NCBI GenBank assembly: GCA_958413895.1
Contig: CATYVQ010000009.1
Span: forward strand, 7,804-71,803
Direction: 5' to 3'
Length of the DNA: 64,000 nt
DNA from: an uncultured Collinsella sp.
GTDB taxonomy: Bacteria; Actinomycetota; Coriobacteriia; Coriobacteriales; Coriobacteriaceae
Shown: positions 1-11,763 of the stretch, one piece after another
Layout of the letters: each line of letters opens with the position of its first letter
Position numbering within the stretch: position 1 is the stretch's first letter
Made by a program: the position numbers and the translations under genes
Notes under the pieces: generated by a model
What the model saw: the letters and a program-made list of their open reading frames with translations, nothing else
Told to the model about the DNA's origin: nothing
Databases searched by the model: none

Positions 1-1784
<1,784 letters not shown>

Positions 1785-1785
<1 letters not shown>

Positions 1786-2933
1786 TGGCTGAGGCTTTAG
1801 AGGTAACGCCCGCCGAGCTGGACGCGTTCGCGGACCGGCTCGGTGAGGTCGAGTCGTATCTCCATTTGGACGAAAAGCGCACGCGCGTGACCGAGCTCGA
1901 GGCCAAAAGTGTTGCCCCTGGCTTTTGGGATGACGCTGACGCCGCCCGTGCCACCATGGAGGAGATCGCGCGTACCAAGGAAGATATCGCTGCCGTGGAT
2001 ACCGCGCGGGGCGAGCTTTCCGATGCCCGCGCCGCGCTGGAGCTTGCCGAGGAGATGGGGGATGACCCCGATGCCGTCGCCCTTCGCGAGGAGGCTACAG
2101 CCACGGCTGAGCGCCTGGCCCGTGCCATCGATGAGCTTGAGCTTTCGAGCTGGTTTACCGGTGAGTTCGATCACGGCGATGCCATTGTGACCATCAAGCC
2201 CGGACAGGGTGGTCTGGAGGCCCAGGACTGGACCTTCATGCTCTTTAAGATGTACATGAAGTACTGCCAGCGTCGCGGCTGGAAGGTCACCATCAACGAC
2301 TGTCCCGCGGCCGAGGTCATCGGCATCGACCGCGCGACCTTTACCGTCGAGGGCAAGGACGCATTTGGCATGCTGCGCGCCGAGGCCGGCGTCCACCGCT
2401 TGGTTCGCATTAGCCCCACCGACGACAAGAAGCGCCGCCAGACCACGTTTGCCGGCGTCGAGGTCATCCCCGTGCTACCCGATGATATCGACATCGAGAT
2501 CAGCCCCGATGACATCCGCGTGGACGTGTACCACGCGAGCGGCCCGGGCGGTCAGGGTGTCAACACCACCGACTCCGCCGTGCGCGTGACGCATTTCCCC
2601 AGCGGCATTGTGGTTACCTGCCAAAACGAGCGCAGCCAGATCCAGAACAAGGCCGCGTGCATGCAGATCCTCAAGGCTCGCCTGTACGAGATTGAGCTCG
2701 AGAAGCGTGCCGAGGCGCTCGATGAGATTCGCGGACCCAAGACCACGATTGGTTTTGGCAACCAGATCCGCAGCTACGTGCTCTACCCGTACCAGATGGT
2801 CAAGGACCTACGCACGGGCGTGGAGACCAGCAATGTCGAGGCCGTTCTTGACGATGGCGACCTGGACCCGTTTGTTATTGGCTACCATCGCTGGGCGACC
2901 GGCAACGCCGATGCAGAAGGCTCGGAGGTCTAA
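1785..2933 (+). CDS. prfB: Peptide chain release factor 2
   Basis: GGQ motif (SGPGGQGVN), SPT tripeptide (RISPTD), GNQIRSY; overlaps the secA stop (TAATG); continuous ORF. Confidence 0.96.
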
Positions 2934-3057
2934 AACATCGGGCGGCTTCAAGCCGATGCCAAGCCTAACGGTTGGACGGGTTTGTATCCAGAACAAACCC
3001 TGCGCAGGGGTGGTTTTTGTTCGGCGAATCGGTAGAATCGAATACAGCAAGAAGTTC

Positions 3058-3086
3058 AAAGCGCATCCGTTTGGGTGCGCTTTTTT
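3058..3086 (+). terminator. Intrinsic terminator-like hairpin between prfB and the yitT-like gene
   Basis: aaagcgcatcc-gttt-gggtgcgc followed by T6. Confidence 0.6.
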
Positions 3087-3098
3087 GAGGGAGGCAGC

Positions 3099-3989
3099 AT
3101 GGCATATCGTCTGGACATCAAGCGCATTCTTTCGATGAACTTCTTTCACGACCTGCCCCAGATCATGTTGGGGTGTGCCTTGGCCGCCATCGCGACCGAC
3201 TTGTTTTTGATTCCCAACGGTCTTGCCGCCGGTGGCGTTACGGGCCTTGCGACTATTATCCAGGCTGTCGGCGCGGCGCGAGGCGTGTCGCTTCCCGTCG
3301 GTATCCAGACCATCGTGATGAACGCCTTGCTGTTGTTGGTCGTTATGCGCGAGGGTGGCATGTTCTACGTGGTGCAGACCGCGACGGGCTTTGTGCTGCT
3401 GGGCTTCTTTACCGATCTGTTCGCCCCGTTTGTAGCACCTCTGGCGGATGCGGACCTGATGCTCCCTGCCATGTGGGGCGGCATTATTACGGGCATCGGT
3501 TACGGCATGGTGTTGCGCGCCGGCGCCAACACCGGCGGCTCGGACACGATTGGCCAAATCATCTCGCGTAACACCTCGCTGCCGGTGGGCTCGACCGTCA
3601 TGGCGATCGATGTTGCCGTATGCGCGCTGTCGGCTCCGGTCTTTTCAATCGAAAACGCACTATATGCAGGCCTTTCGATGGTCATTAGCGGCTACGTGAT
3701 CGATGCCGTGGTCGATGGTGGCAACAAACGCCGTATGGTACTCATCATCTCGGACAAGTTCCCTGATATCGCTGCCGATATCATGTATGGCCTGGGTCGT
3801 GGTTGTACCAAGTTTAAGGCGACTGGCATGTATTCGGGTGCCGAGAAGCCGGTGATTATGGTCATTGTGAGCCGTCGAGAGCTCAATACCCTCAAGACGA
3901 TCGTGCGCGAGCGCGATCCTCACGCCATTGTGACGGTCGCTGACGTTACGGAAGCCTTCGGCGAGGGATTCAAGGACATTAGCGCGTAG
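3099..3989 (+). CDS. YitT family membrane protein (DUF161/DUF2179)
   Basis: GGAGG RBS; GLAAGGVTG and NTGGSD motifs; C-terminal DPHAIVTVADVTEAFGEGF. Confidence 0.88.
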   Translation: MAYRLDIKRILSMNFFHDLPQIMLGCALAAIATDLFLIPNGLAAGGVTGLATIIQAVGAARGVSLPVGIQTIVMNALLLLVVMREGGMFYVVQTATGFVLLGFFTDLFAPFVAPLADADLMLPAMWGGIITGIGYGMVLRAGANTGGSDTIGQIISRNTSLPVGSTVMAIDVAVCALSAPVFSIENALYAGLSMVISGYVIDAVVDGGNKRRMVLIISDKFPDIAADIMYGLGRGCTKFKATGMYSGAEKPVIMVIVSRRELNTLKTIVRERDPHAIVTVADVTEAFGEGFKDISA

Positions 3990-4023
3990 GGTCGACTGCG
4001 TTCCATCCAAAAGACGTTCACAT

Positions 4024-4041
4024 TGATAAACCGTTTCATCA
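4024..4041. promoter_or_regulatory. LacI-family-like operator palindrome upstream of transketolase
   Basis: TGATAAACCGTTTCATCA, 18 bp with central CG. Confidence 0.55.
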
Positions 4042-4197
4042 GCGGTTCTGCCTGCTAAATTGTTCAAATAATGATAAAAACTCTGGTAAAGCCATCAGTT
4101 TCCAGCATAATGAATGACGTACGTGCATTGCGGCTGTGTTGGGACTACCTTTCCGTGCCGTGCGCATTTTGTCTAATGAGGATGAAAGGAAGGCACA

Positions 4198-5028
4198 ATG
4201 AGCGACGAAGAGCTCAAAAAGGTTGCCAACGAGGTAAGGAAGGGCATCGTCACCGGCGTGCACGCTGCCAAGTCCGGCCATCCGGGCGGTTCGCTCGGCG
4301 CTGCCGACATCATGACCTATCTGTACTTTGAGGAAATGAACGTCGACCCGGCCGATCCCCGCAAGGCCGATCGCGACCGTTTTGTGCTCTCCAAGGGCCA
4401 TTGCGCTCCGGGCCTGTACGCCGTGCTCGCCGAGCGTGGGTTCTTCCCCAAGGAGGATCTCGAGACGCTGCGCCATATCGGCAGCCACCTGCAGGGTCAT
4501 CCCAACATGAACGACACCCCGGGCGTCGACATGTCCACCGGCTCGCTCGGCCAGGGTATCTCCGCCGCCGTGGGTATGGCCGTTGCCGCCAAGCACTGGG
4601 GCGATACTTACCGCACGTACGCCCTGCTGGGCGATGGCGAGAGCGAGGAGGGCCAGGTCTGGGAGGCCGCCATGTTTGCCGGCAACCAGCAGCTCGATAA
4701 CCTCTGCGTGATCGTCGACCACAACGGCCTGCAGATCGACGGCCCCGTCGAGGAGGTCAACGACCCCATGCCGCTCGCCGACAAGTTCCGCGCGTTCAAG
4801 TTCCACGTGGTGGAGCTCGCCGACGGCAACGACTTCGACCAGATCCGCGCCGCCTTTGCCGAGGCTCGCGCCACCAAGGGGCAGCCGACCGCCATTATCG
4901 CCGAGACCCTGAAGGGCAAGGGCGTGTCCTTTATGGAGAATCAGGTTGGTTGGCACGGCAAGGCCCCCAACGATGAACAGTTTGAGCAGGCCATGGCAGA
5001 GCTCACGGCCGCCGGAGAGGAGCTCTAG
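4198..5028 (+). CDS. Transketolase, N-terminal (TPP-binding) subunit
   Basis: SGHPGGSL, DRFVLSKGH, TGSLGQG, GDGESEEG motifs. Confidence 0.95.
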   Translation: MSDEELKKVANEVRKGIVTGVHAAKSGHPGGSLGAADIMTYLYFEEMNVDPADPRKADRDRFVLSKGHCAPGLYAVLAERGFFPKEDLETLRHIGSHLQGHPNMNDTPGVDMSTGSLGQGISAAVGMAVAAKHWGDTYRTYALLGDGESEEGQVWEAAMFAGNQQLDNLCVIVDHNGLQIDGPVEEVNDPMPLADKFRAFKFHVVELADGNDFDQIRAAFAEARATKGQPTAIIAETLKGKGVSFMENQVGWHGKAPNDEQFEQAMAELTAAGEEL

Positions 5029-5029
5029 G

Positions 5030-5971
5030 ATGGCAGACGTCAAAAAAATCGCCACGCGCGTAAGCTACGGCGAGGCCCTCGTCGAGCTCGCCAACGAGCA
5101 CGATGACTTTGTGGTCCTCGACGCCGACCTGGCCGCCGCCACGCAGACCGGCAAGTTCAAGGCCGCCTGCCCCGACCGCTTCTTCGACGTGGGTATCGCC
5201 GAGAGCAACCTGATGGGCGTCGCCGCCGGTATCGCGACCACCGGCCGCGTTGCCTTCGCGAGCACCTTTGCCATGTTCGCAGCCGGCCGCGCTTTTGAGC
5301 AGGTCCGTAACTCCATCGGCTACCCGCACCTCAACGTTAAGATTGGTGCCACGCACGCCGGTATCTCGGTGGGCGAGGATGGTGCCACGCACCAGTGCTG
5401 CGAGGATATCGCCCTCATGCGCGTCATCCCCGGCATGACCGTGATTGTTCCCGCCGACGACGTCGAGGCCCGCGCCGTGACGCGCGCCGCCTACGAGTGC
5501 GACGGTCCGGTGTACATGCGCTTCGCCCGTTTGGCCTCGCCGGTTATCAACGACCCCGAGACCTACAAGTTCGAGTTGGGCAAGGGCATTGTCATGCGCG
5601 AGGGCGCCGATGTGACCATCATCGCCTGCGGCCTGATGGTCGGCGAGGCTCTCGAGGCCGCCGAGCAGCTCGCTGCCGAGGGCATCGACGCCGAGGTCAT
5701 CAACATGCACACCATCAAGCCCATCGATGCCGACCTGATCGTCAAGAGCGCCACCAAGACCGGCCACGTCGTGACCGTCGAGGAGCATTCTGTAATCGGT
5801 GGCCTGGGCAGCGCCGTTGCCGACGTCCTGTGCGAGCAGTGCCCGACGCCCCTCAAGAAGATCGGCGTCAACGACACCTTTGGCGAGTCCGGCCCGGGTG
5901 CCGAGCTCTTGCACAAGTATGGCCTGGACGCCGCCAACATCGTGGCGACCACCAAGGAGTTCTTGGCATAA
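5030..5971 (+). CDS. Transketolase, C-terminal subunit
   Basis: GIAESN, GEDGATHQ, EEHSVIGGLG; ATG 1 nt after the N-subunit stop. Confidence 0.95.
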   Translation: MADVKKIATRVSYGEALVELANEHDDFVVLDADLAAATQTGKFKAACPDRFFDVGIAESNLMGVAAGIATTGRVAFASTFAMFAAGRAFEQVRNSIGYPHLNVKIGATHAGISVGEDGATHQCCEDIALMRVIPGMTVIVPADDVEARAVTRAAYECDGPVYMRFARLASPVINDPETYKFELGKGIVMREGADVTIIACGLMVGEALEAAEQLAAEGIDAEVINMHTIKPIDADLIVKSATKTGHVVTVEEHSVIGGLGSAVADVLCEQCPTPLKKIGVNDTFGESGPGAELLHKYGLDAANIVATTKEFLA

Positions 5972-6019
5972 GGCAAGGCGGATCTCAAGGACTGCTTCGC
6001 CAGAACTATGGAAACCCGG

Positions 6020-6051
6020 CAGGGGCGCTCTCTTGGAGAGCGCCCCTGTTT
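6020..6051 (+). terminator. Intrinsic terminator after the transketolase genes
   Basis: caggggcgctctc-ttg-gagagcgcccctg followed by TTT. Confidence 0.7.
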
Positions 6052-6052
6052 C

Positions 6053-6119
6053 AGTTGCGGTGAAATAGGGACTGATTAGACCTTTTAACTGGTAAAACAG
6101 TCCCTATTTCACCGCAACT
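6053..6119. repeat. Family B inverted repeat, copy 1 (22-bp arms, 23-nt spacer)
   Basis: agttgcggtgaaatagggactg ... cagtccctatttcaccgcaact; perfect arms. Confidence 0.92.
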
Positions 6120-6249
6120 TATGAAGACGCCCCTCAAGCACGGTCCCATCAGGGAAAAGGGCATATATCGACAAAGCGCAATTCAGACCCTTCCAACTTT
6201 GTATATGCAGCACCCCAAGTAAAACACGGCGACCCCTTAGTTACCGCAG

Positions 6250-6370
6250 GCCGGACACAGGGCTACTCTCCAAATCTTTCCGCAGGACGGAGGAGCCCCC
6301 GCAGCGCGAAGCGCGCAGCGGGGGCTCCGACATGTCCGAGGACGATTTGGAGAGTAACCCTGTGCCCGGC
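6250..6370. repeat. Long nested hairpin (~120 nt) upstream of ftsE
   Basis: 6250-6276 pairs with 6344-6370 (25/27); inner ggagcccccgc/gcgggggctcc stem; apical gcgc-gaa-gcgc. Confidence 0.8.
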
Positions 6371-6475
6371 CGACGGGATCCCTAAGCACGCCATGCTTCT
6401 TATGTGCAGCAAAGCTAATACTGCTAAAATACAAAGCGCTCATGTAGTTTAAACGCACGACGATAAGGAGCACCA

Positions 6476-7696
6476 GTGGGTAACCACTTCCGTACCTCCG
6501 GTGCGGGCGATGATGCCCCCAAGACGCAGGCAGGCGTCCAGGGCAGTCGTTTCGCCACTCCGGATTCAGAGGGCCAGCCTGTTGCTCAGGCCCCCGCTCA
6601 GCCGGCAGATCAGGCACAGCCGGCATCCGATCCCTTTGCCTACAATCCAACCAGCGATGTCGCGCTTTCCGGCACGGCGGGTTTTGAGCCCGTTCAGGCC
6701 GTGACCGCTCGCGTGGAGCAGCCTCAGGCTGGTGCCGCCACGCCGCAGCCTACCATGGCCGGCATTCCCGACCCCTTGGCCCCTGCGACGCCGGCTCCTC
6801 AGCCTGCGCAGTCCGGTCTCTTTGCCGCTATTCCCGACCCCACGCAGCCTGCTGCCCCGGTGGTCGAGAGCGATCAGGCAGCCGAGGTCGCAAGCCTCGA
6901 TAACGCGCTCAACAACCCCGATTTTACGTCGGTGTTTGCGCCCATCGATCCGCAGGCCAGCCGCAAGAAGATGGCCAAGCAGGCCGGTGTCGAGCCCGTC
7001 ATCCTTATGGAGCATGTCACCAAGATCTATCCGGCACAGCCCAACAAGCCTGCACTCGACGACATCAACATCGAGATCTATCCGGGCGAGTTCGTCTTCC
7101 TGGTCGGTCACTCCGGCTCGGGTAAGACCACGCTGCTGTCGACGCTCAACCGTGACGTCAAGCCGACGAGCGGCCGCATCCTGGTTGCCGGTCAGGACCT
7201 CATGAAGATCAAGAACCGCAAGGTTCCGTTCCTGCGCCGCCAGATTGGCGCCGTGTTCCAGGACTTTAAGCTTCTGCCGCAAAAGACCGCCTACGAAAAC
7301 GTGGCGTTTGCCCTGCAGTGCATCGGCAAGCCCAAGGGCGTCATTCGCAGCCAGGTGCCCGAGGTGCTGCGTCTGGTCGGCCTGGCCGATCAGATGGACT
7401 CGCTGCCCGACCAGCTTTCCGGTGGCGAGCAGCAGCGCGTTGCCGTCGCCCGCGCTATGGTCAACCGTCCGCCGCTGCTGATCTGCGACGAGCCGACGGG
7501 CAACCTCGACCCGGCGATCTCGCTGGGCATCATGAAGCTGCTCGAGCGTATTAACCGCACCGGCACCACCGTGATCGTCGCCACGCACGACCGCGAGATG
7601 GTCGATAGCATGCACCGTCGCGTGATCGCCCTCGAGGGCGGCCACGTTATTCGCGACCAGGAGAGGGGAGGTTACGGCAACTATGGCACCAACTAA
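6476..7696 (+). CDS. ftsE: Cell division ATP-binding protein FtsE with a long N-terminal extension
   Basis: AAGGAG RBS before GTG; GHSGSGKT, LSGGEQQR, DEPTGNLD; overlaps ftsX. Confidence 0.92.
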   Translation: MGNHFRTSGAGDDAPKTQAGVQGSRFATPDSEGQPVAQAPAQPADQAQPASDPFAYNPTSDVALSGTAGFEPVQAVTARVEQPQAGAATPQPTMAGIPDPLAPATPAPQPAQSGLFAAIPDPTQPAAPVVESDQAAEVASLDNALNNPDFTSVFAPIDPQASRKKMAKQAGVEPVILMEHVTKIYPAQPNKPALDDINIEIYPGEFVFLVGHSGSGKTTLLSTLNRDVKPTSGRILVAGQDLMKIKNRKVPFLRRQIGAVFQDFKLLPQKTAYENVAFALQCIGKPKGVIRSQVPEVLRLVGLADQMDSLPDQLSGGEQQRVAVARAMVNRPPLLICDEPTGNLDPAISLGIMKLLERINRTGTTVIVATHDREMVDSMHRRVIALEGGHVIRDQERGGYGNYGTN

Positions 7697-8603
7697 CGTG
7701 GGCTACTCCTTCAAAGAGGCAATCAGCCACTTCTTCCGTAACTGGACTACCTCGCTCGGCGCCGTCATCACGATCTTCCTTTCGCTGTTTATCATCGGCC
7801 TGTTCATTATGGGTTCCGCGATGCTGAACTCCGTGATCGGTACCGTCGAGGATCAGGTTGTCATTAATGCCTTTATTAGCGATGACGCCGATCAGGCAGA
7901 CGTCCAGGCCTTTGAGGCCGAGCTCAAGACGTGGAGCAACGTCAAGTCCGTGACCTATAAGGATAAGGACGACGCGCTGGCCGAGTACACGAGCAAGATG
8001 TCGGGTAACGCCGACGCCACCATGAGCGCGCTCGACGGCCAGAACCCGCTGCCCGCCTCGTTTGCGATTGAGATGGACGATCCGTCTCAGGTCGAGAGCA
8101 CGGCCAAGAAGCTCAAGAAGGATGCCGATTTCCAGAAGATCGCGGATGACGGCGACGTCAACGCGAGCGTGCTGTACGGCCAGGAGGAAGTGAGCCGCCT
8201 GTTCCAGGTGACCAACTACATCCGCATCGCCGCCGTGGTGCTCGTTGGCCTTCTGACCTTTATCGCATTCATCTTCATCAACAACACGATTCGCCTGTCC
8301 ATCACGGCGCGTCGTCGTGAGATTGCGATTATGCGTCTGGTCGGCGCCAGCAACGGCTTCATTCGCGGCCCGTTTATCACCGAGGGCGTACTGCAGGCCA
8401 TTTTGGGCTCGCTGCTTTCCATCGGCGTTCTGGAGCTGCTGCGCAATCTGATGATTCCGCGTCTGCAGGAGAGCATCGGCTGGATGTCGTTTGCCCTGCC
8501 GACGCAGTACTACCTGGTGACCTATGCTGCGCTGATTCTGGTCGGCGTGATTATCGGTCTCTTTGGTTCTGCCATTGCCATGCGCCGCTACCTGCGCGTG
8601 TAG
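7683..8603 (+). CDS. ftsX: Cell division permease FtsX
   Basis: NPLPASF, NTIRLSITARRREIAIMRLVGAS; follows ftsE. Confidence 0.93.
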   Translation: MAPTNVGYSFKEAISHFFRNWTTSLGAVITIFLSLFIIGLFIMGSAMLNSVIGTVEDQVVINAFISDDADQADVQAFEAELKTWSNVKSVTYKDKDDALAEYTSKMSGNADATMSALDGQNPLPASFAIEMDDPSQVESTAKKLKKDADFQKIADDGDVNASVLYGQEEVSRLFQVTNYIRIAAVVLVGLLTFIAFIFINNTIRLSITARRREIAIMRLVGASNGFIRGPFITEGVLQAILGSLLSIGVLELLRNLMIPRLQESIGWMSFALPTQYYLVTYAALILVGVIIGLFGSAIAMRRYLRV

Positions 8604-8627
8604 GCATGCCTGGAATTCATCCCTTCC

Positions 8628-8661
8628 AACGGGTCGTCTCTTATGGGGCGGCCCGTTTTTT
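8628..8661 (+). terminator. Intrinsic terminator after ftsX
   Basis: aacgggtcgtctc-ttat-ggggcggcccg followed by T6. Confidence 0.75.
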
Positions 8662-8738
8662 GATTCCTAGGGGACGGCAGGAAAGCGAATCATTTGGGTA
8701 GACTCTTTGGAGTTCGCAATCGATAGTTAGGAGGCGCC

Positions 8739-10874
8739 ATGGGGCGCAATAACAAGCATAAGCGTGGAGCTCGCAATAAGCGCGGGCCGGTGCGCAGCGA
8801 ACGCCGTCCGAGCCTGACCGGGCGCGTGCAGCTCCATGAGCATAGCGCCTACGTTGTAACCGAAAACGGCGACTACAAGGTCATGGGCCGCGGTAAGCGC
8901 GAGATCATGGATGGCGATACCGTTGCCGTGAGCATTAAGAACAGCCCGCACGGTGAGCGGCGCGCCGTGATCGAGGGCGTGGTCGAGCGTGCAGCCATAA
9001 GCGTGGTGGGTACGTACCAGACCGCCGGTCCGCTTGGTGTGATTGAGCCGCTCGATTCGCGCCTGAAGGCCGACTTCTTCATTTTGCCCGAGGATACCTC
9101 GGCGGATCGTCTGGGTGTCCACCCGGGTGATGCCGTTGTCGCGCGCATTTTGACCTACCCGACGCGCCTGGAATCGGGCACCGTGACGATCGAACGCCGC
9201 ATTGGCGGAGATGACGCGCCCGATTTGGGCGTTCAATATGTGATGGCGCGTTACGGCTATACCGATAGCTATCCCGAGGCCGCGCTAGACGAGGCCGAGG
9301 GGCTTTCGCTCGATGTGTCCGCGGCGCTTAGGGACCCGCTCCGCCGCGATCTGCGCGACCGCTTTGTCATCACGATCGACCCGGTCGACGCGCGCGACTT
9401 TGACGATGCCATTTCGCTGGAGCGCACGCCCGTGGGTGGCTACAAGCTGGGTGTGCATATCGCCGACGTTTCACACTATGTGGCTTGGGACGGGCATATC
9501 GATCTTGAGGCTCGCCATCGTACGACATCGGTGTATCTGGCCGATCGTGTGCTTCCCATGCTGCCCGAACGCCTGTCCTGTGACCTGTGCTCGCTTCGCC
9601 CTGACGAGGACCGTCTTGCGTTTACCGTTGACATTGAGCTCGATGCACAGGGTCGCGTGCGGCATTACGATCCATACCCCAGTGTGATTCGCTCGCGTGT
9701 GCGTATGGACTATGACGGCGCCGAGGCGCTGCTGGTGCGTGCCGGCGCGGTTGAGTATTCGGTGCTGGAGGGTGCAGCCGAGGATGTTGCGGCTGCCGAG
9801 ACCTCGCGCGAGGAAGCGCTTGAGCGCGGCCTTGCGTGCGAGGAGGCCGCCCGCGGCTACAACATCGACCTCGGCGATTTTCTTGTCGCCGCTAACGAAC
9901 TCGCCGAACTTCGCCGTCGTATTCGTCGCGCCCGCGGCTCAGTCGATTTTGACACGGCCGAGATTCGCGCTCTATTGGATGAGGACGGAGTGCCCGTGCA
10001 GATTGTGGCGCGTGAGCGTTCGTGTGCCACGTCGCTTATCGAGGAAGCCATGCTGCTCGCCAACGAGTGCGTTGCAGAGTGGCTGGCAGACCGTGATATC
10101 GAGGCCTGCTATCGCGTGCATGAGGATCCGAGCCCCGATAGCCTGCACGGTGCTGCCGTTGCGCTGGCGCAGCTAGGCATCATCGACGATCGCCGTGCTG
10201 CCGGTATTGCCCTGGGGAGCCCCGATGAGCTGCAGGCTGCAGTTGATGCTGCCGCCGGTACGGCCAACGCACCGCTCGTTAACACGCTGCTTCTGCGCAG
10301 CATGCAGCGCGCGCTGTACAAGCCGCGCAACGAGGGCCACTTTGCGCTCGCCGCGCCGTGCTACTGCCACTTTACGAGTCCCATCCGTCGCTACCCCGAT
10401 CTGGTGGTGCACCGCGTGCTCAAACTGCAGTTGGCCTATGAGCAGCTCGGCGGCAAGGACGCCTTGGTCCGTACGCCGTGGCTGATCGGCAAGGGGCGCG
10501 AGTCGCTGCCGCGCATTCTGCCGCAGATCTGCCGCGCATGTAGCGATGCCGAGCGCGCGGCAGATGCCGCCAGCCATGCGACGCAAAAGATCAAGATTGC
10601 CCAGTACTATGAGGATCGCCTGGGCGAGCGCTATGCCGGAACCGTCTCGTGGGTTAGCAGCATGGGCCTCTTTGTGCGCTTGGACCTGACGCAGGTCGAA
10701 GGCTTGGTTTCGATTAAGAGCCTGGGCAACGAGTGGTTCGAGTTCGACGAGGACGCGCTTACTCTGACGGGCGCCGACACAGGCACCCGTTACGAGCTGG
10801 GGCAGCGCGTGATTATCGAGGTCTCACGTGTCAATACCACGCGTGGGCACTTGGACTTCAAGCTTATCCATTAG
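8739..10874 (+). CDS. rnr: Ribonuclease R (RNB family)
   Basis: TIDPVDARDFDDA catalytic motif, HFTSPIRRYPDL, C-terminal S1 domain. Confidence 0.92.
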   Translation: MGRNNKHKRGARNKRGPVRSERRPSLTGRVQLHEHSAYVVTENGDYKVMGRGKREIMDGDTVAVSIKNSPHGERRAVIEGVVERAAISVVGTYQTAGPLGVIEPLDSRLKADFFILPEDTSADRLGVHPGDAVVARILTYPTRLESGTVTIERRIGGDDAPDLGVQYVMARYGYTDSYPEAALDEAEGLSLDVSAALRDPLRRDLRDRFVITIDPVDARDFDDAISLERTPVGGYKLGVHIADVSHYVAWDGHIDLEARHRTTSVYLADRVLPMLPERLSCDLCSLRPDEDRLAFTVDIELDAQGRVRHYDPYPSVIRSRVRMDYDGAEALLVRAGAVEYSVLEGAAEDVAAAETSREEALERGLACEEAARGYNIDLGDFLVAANELAELRRRIRRARGSVDFDTAEIRALLDEDGVPVQIVARERSCATSLIEEAMLLANECVAEWLADRDIEACYRVHEDPSPDSLHGAAVALAQLGIIDDRRAAGIALGSPDELQAAVDAAAGTANAPLVNTLLLRSMQRALYKPRNEGHFALAAPCYCHFTSPIRRYPDLVVHRVLKLQLAYEQLGGKDALVRTPWLIGKGRESLPRILPQICRACSDAERAADAASHATQKIKIAQYYEDRLGERYAGTVSWVSSMGLFVRLDLTQVEGLVSIKSLGNEWFEFDEDALTLTGADTGTRYELGQRVIIEVSRVNTTRGHLDFKLIH

Positions 10875-10899
10875 CCAAATCCCGACCGATGGTGGGGGA

Positions 10900-10935
10900 G
10901 CGGAGGGCGGCCTTTCGGGACCGCCCTCCGCATTT
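10900..10935 (+). terminator. Hairpin after rnr
   Basis: gcggagggcgg...ccgccctccgc followed by attt. Confidence 0.55.
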
Positions 10936-11051
10936 GAATCGTGGCTACCTTGCCGTCTGCTCGGCCGCCCGCTTACCTGCTATTTGAGAGGTAGAACCTA
11001 CCAAAATAAACCTGTCCCTTTTTGGCAGGTTTACAAGAAAGCGGGGATGAG

Positions 11052-11657
11052 ATGGCGACGGTGTACGGTTATGCGCGGGTGAGTTCGCGCGATCAGAACC
11101 TTAATCGGCAGCTGGATGCGCTGGGCGCCTATGGCGTGGGCTCGGCGAATATTTATGCCGACCATGCGAGCGGCAAGGACTTCGATCGGCCGCATTATCG
11201 CGAGCTGTTGCACGTCCTGGGAGACGGGGACGTGCTGGTGGTGCTTTCTATCGACCGACTTGGTCGTAATTACTCCGAGATTCTTGAGGAATGGCGACGC
11301 ATTACCAAGGAGCTCGGGGTTGCCATTGTGGTGTTGGACATGCCATTGCTTGACACGCGCGCCAGGGCCAGCGGCGCGCCGGATGTGACCAACACCCTGA
11401 TTGCCGATATTGTGCTGCAACTGCTGAGCTACGTGGCGCAGGTGGAGCGCGAGAATATCCATCGGCGCCAGGCGGAGGGAATTGCAGCGGCGCGGGCGCG
11501 AGGGGTCCGTTTCGGTCGACCTCGCAAGCCATGCCCTCCTCAGTTTGAGCTGGTGCGCGATAGCTATGAGGCGGGCGATATTACCCGCAGCCAGGCAGCA
11601 AAGTGCCTGGGCGTGTGCGTGGGGACGTTCGATCGCTGGATGCGCGAGGCGGGGTAG
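11052..11657 (+). CDS. Small serine recombinase (resolvase/invertase family) with C-terminal HTH
   Basis: YGYARVSS (catalytic Ser), IDRLGRN, ERENIHRRQAEGI, FGRP, HTH tail. Confidence 0.92.
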   Translation: MATVYGYARVSSRDQNLNRQLDALGAYGVGSANIYADHASGKDFDRPHYRELLHVLGDGDVLVVLSIDRLGRNYSEILEEWRRITKELGVAIVVLDMPLLDTRARASGAPDVTNTLIADIVLQLLSYVAQVERENIHRRQAEGIAAARARGVRFGRPRKPCPPQFELVRDSYEAGDITRSQAAKCLGVCVGTFDRWMREAG

Positions 11658-11763
11658 GGGTTTGCGTCGCTTCGTCGCTTCCTGTTGCGATTCAAATTTT
11701 GATACGGTGACGATGTCATTTGGGGCTACACTCGCTCATATTTAAAAAGACGGAGGTTGGCCT

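Noticed and set aside
10974..11033. res site for the adjacent resolvase
   Set aside because: Inverted repeats are present, but the main one fits the dispersed CCTGTCCC-core hairpin class. It cannot be assigned as res without comparative data.
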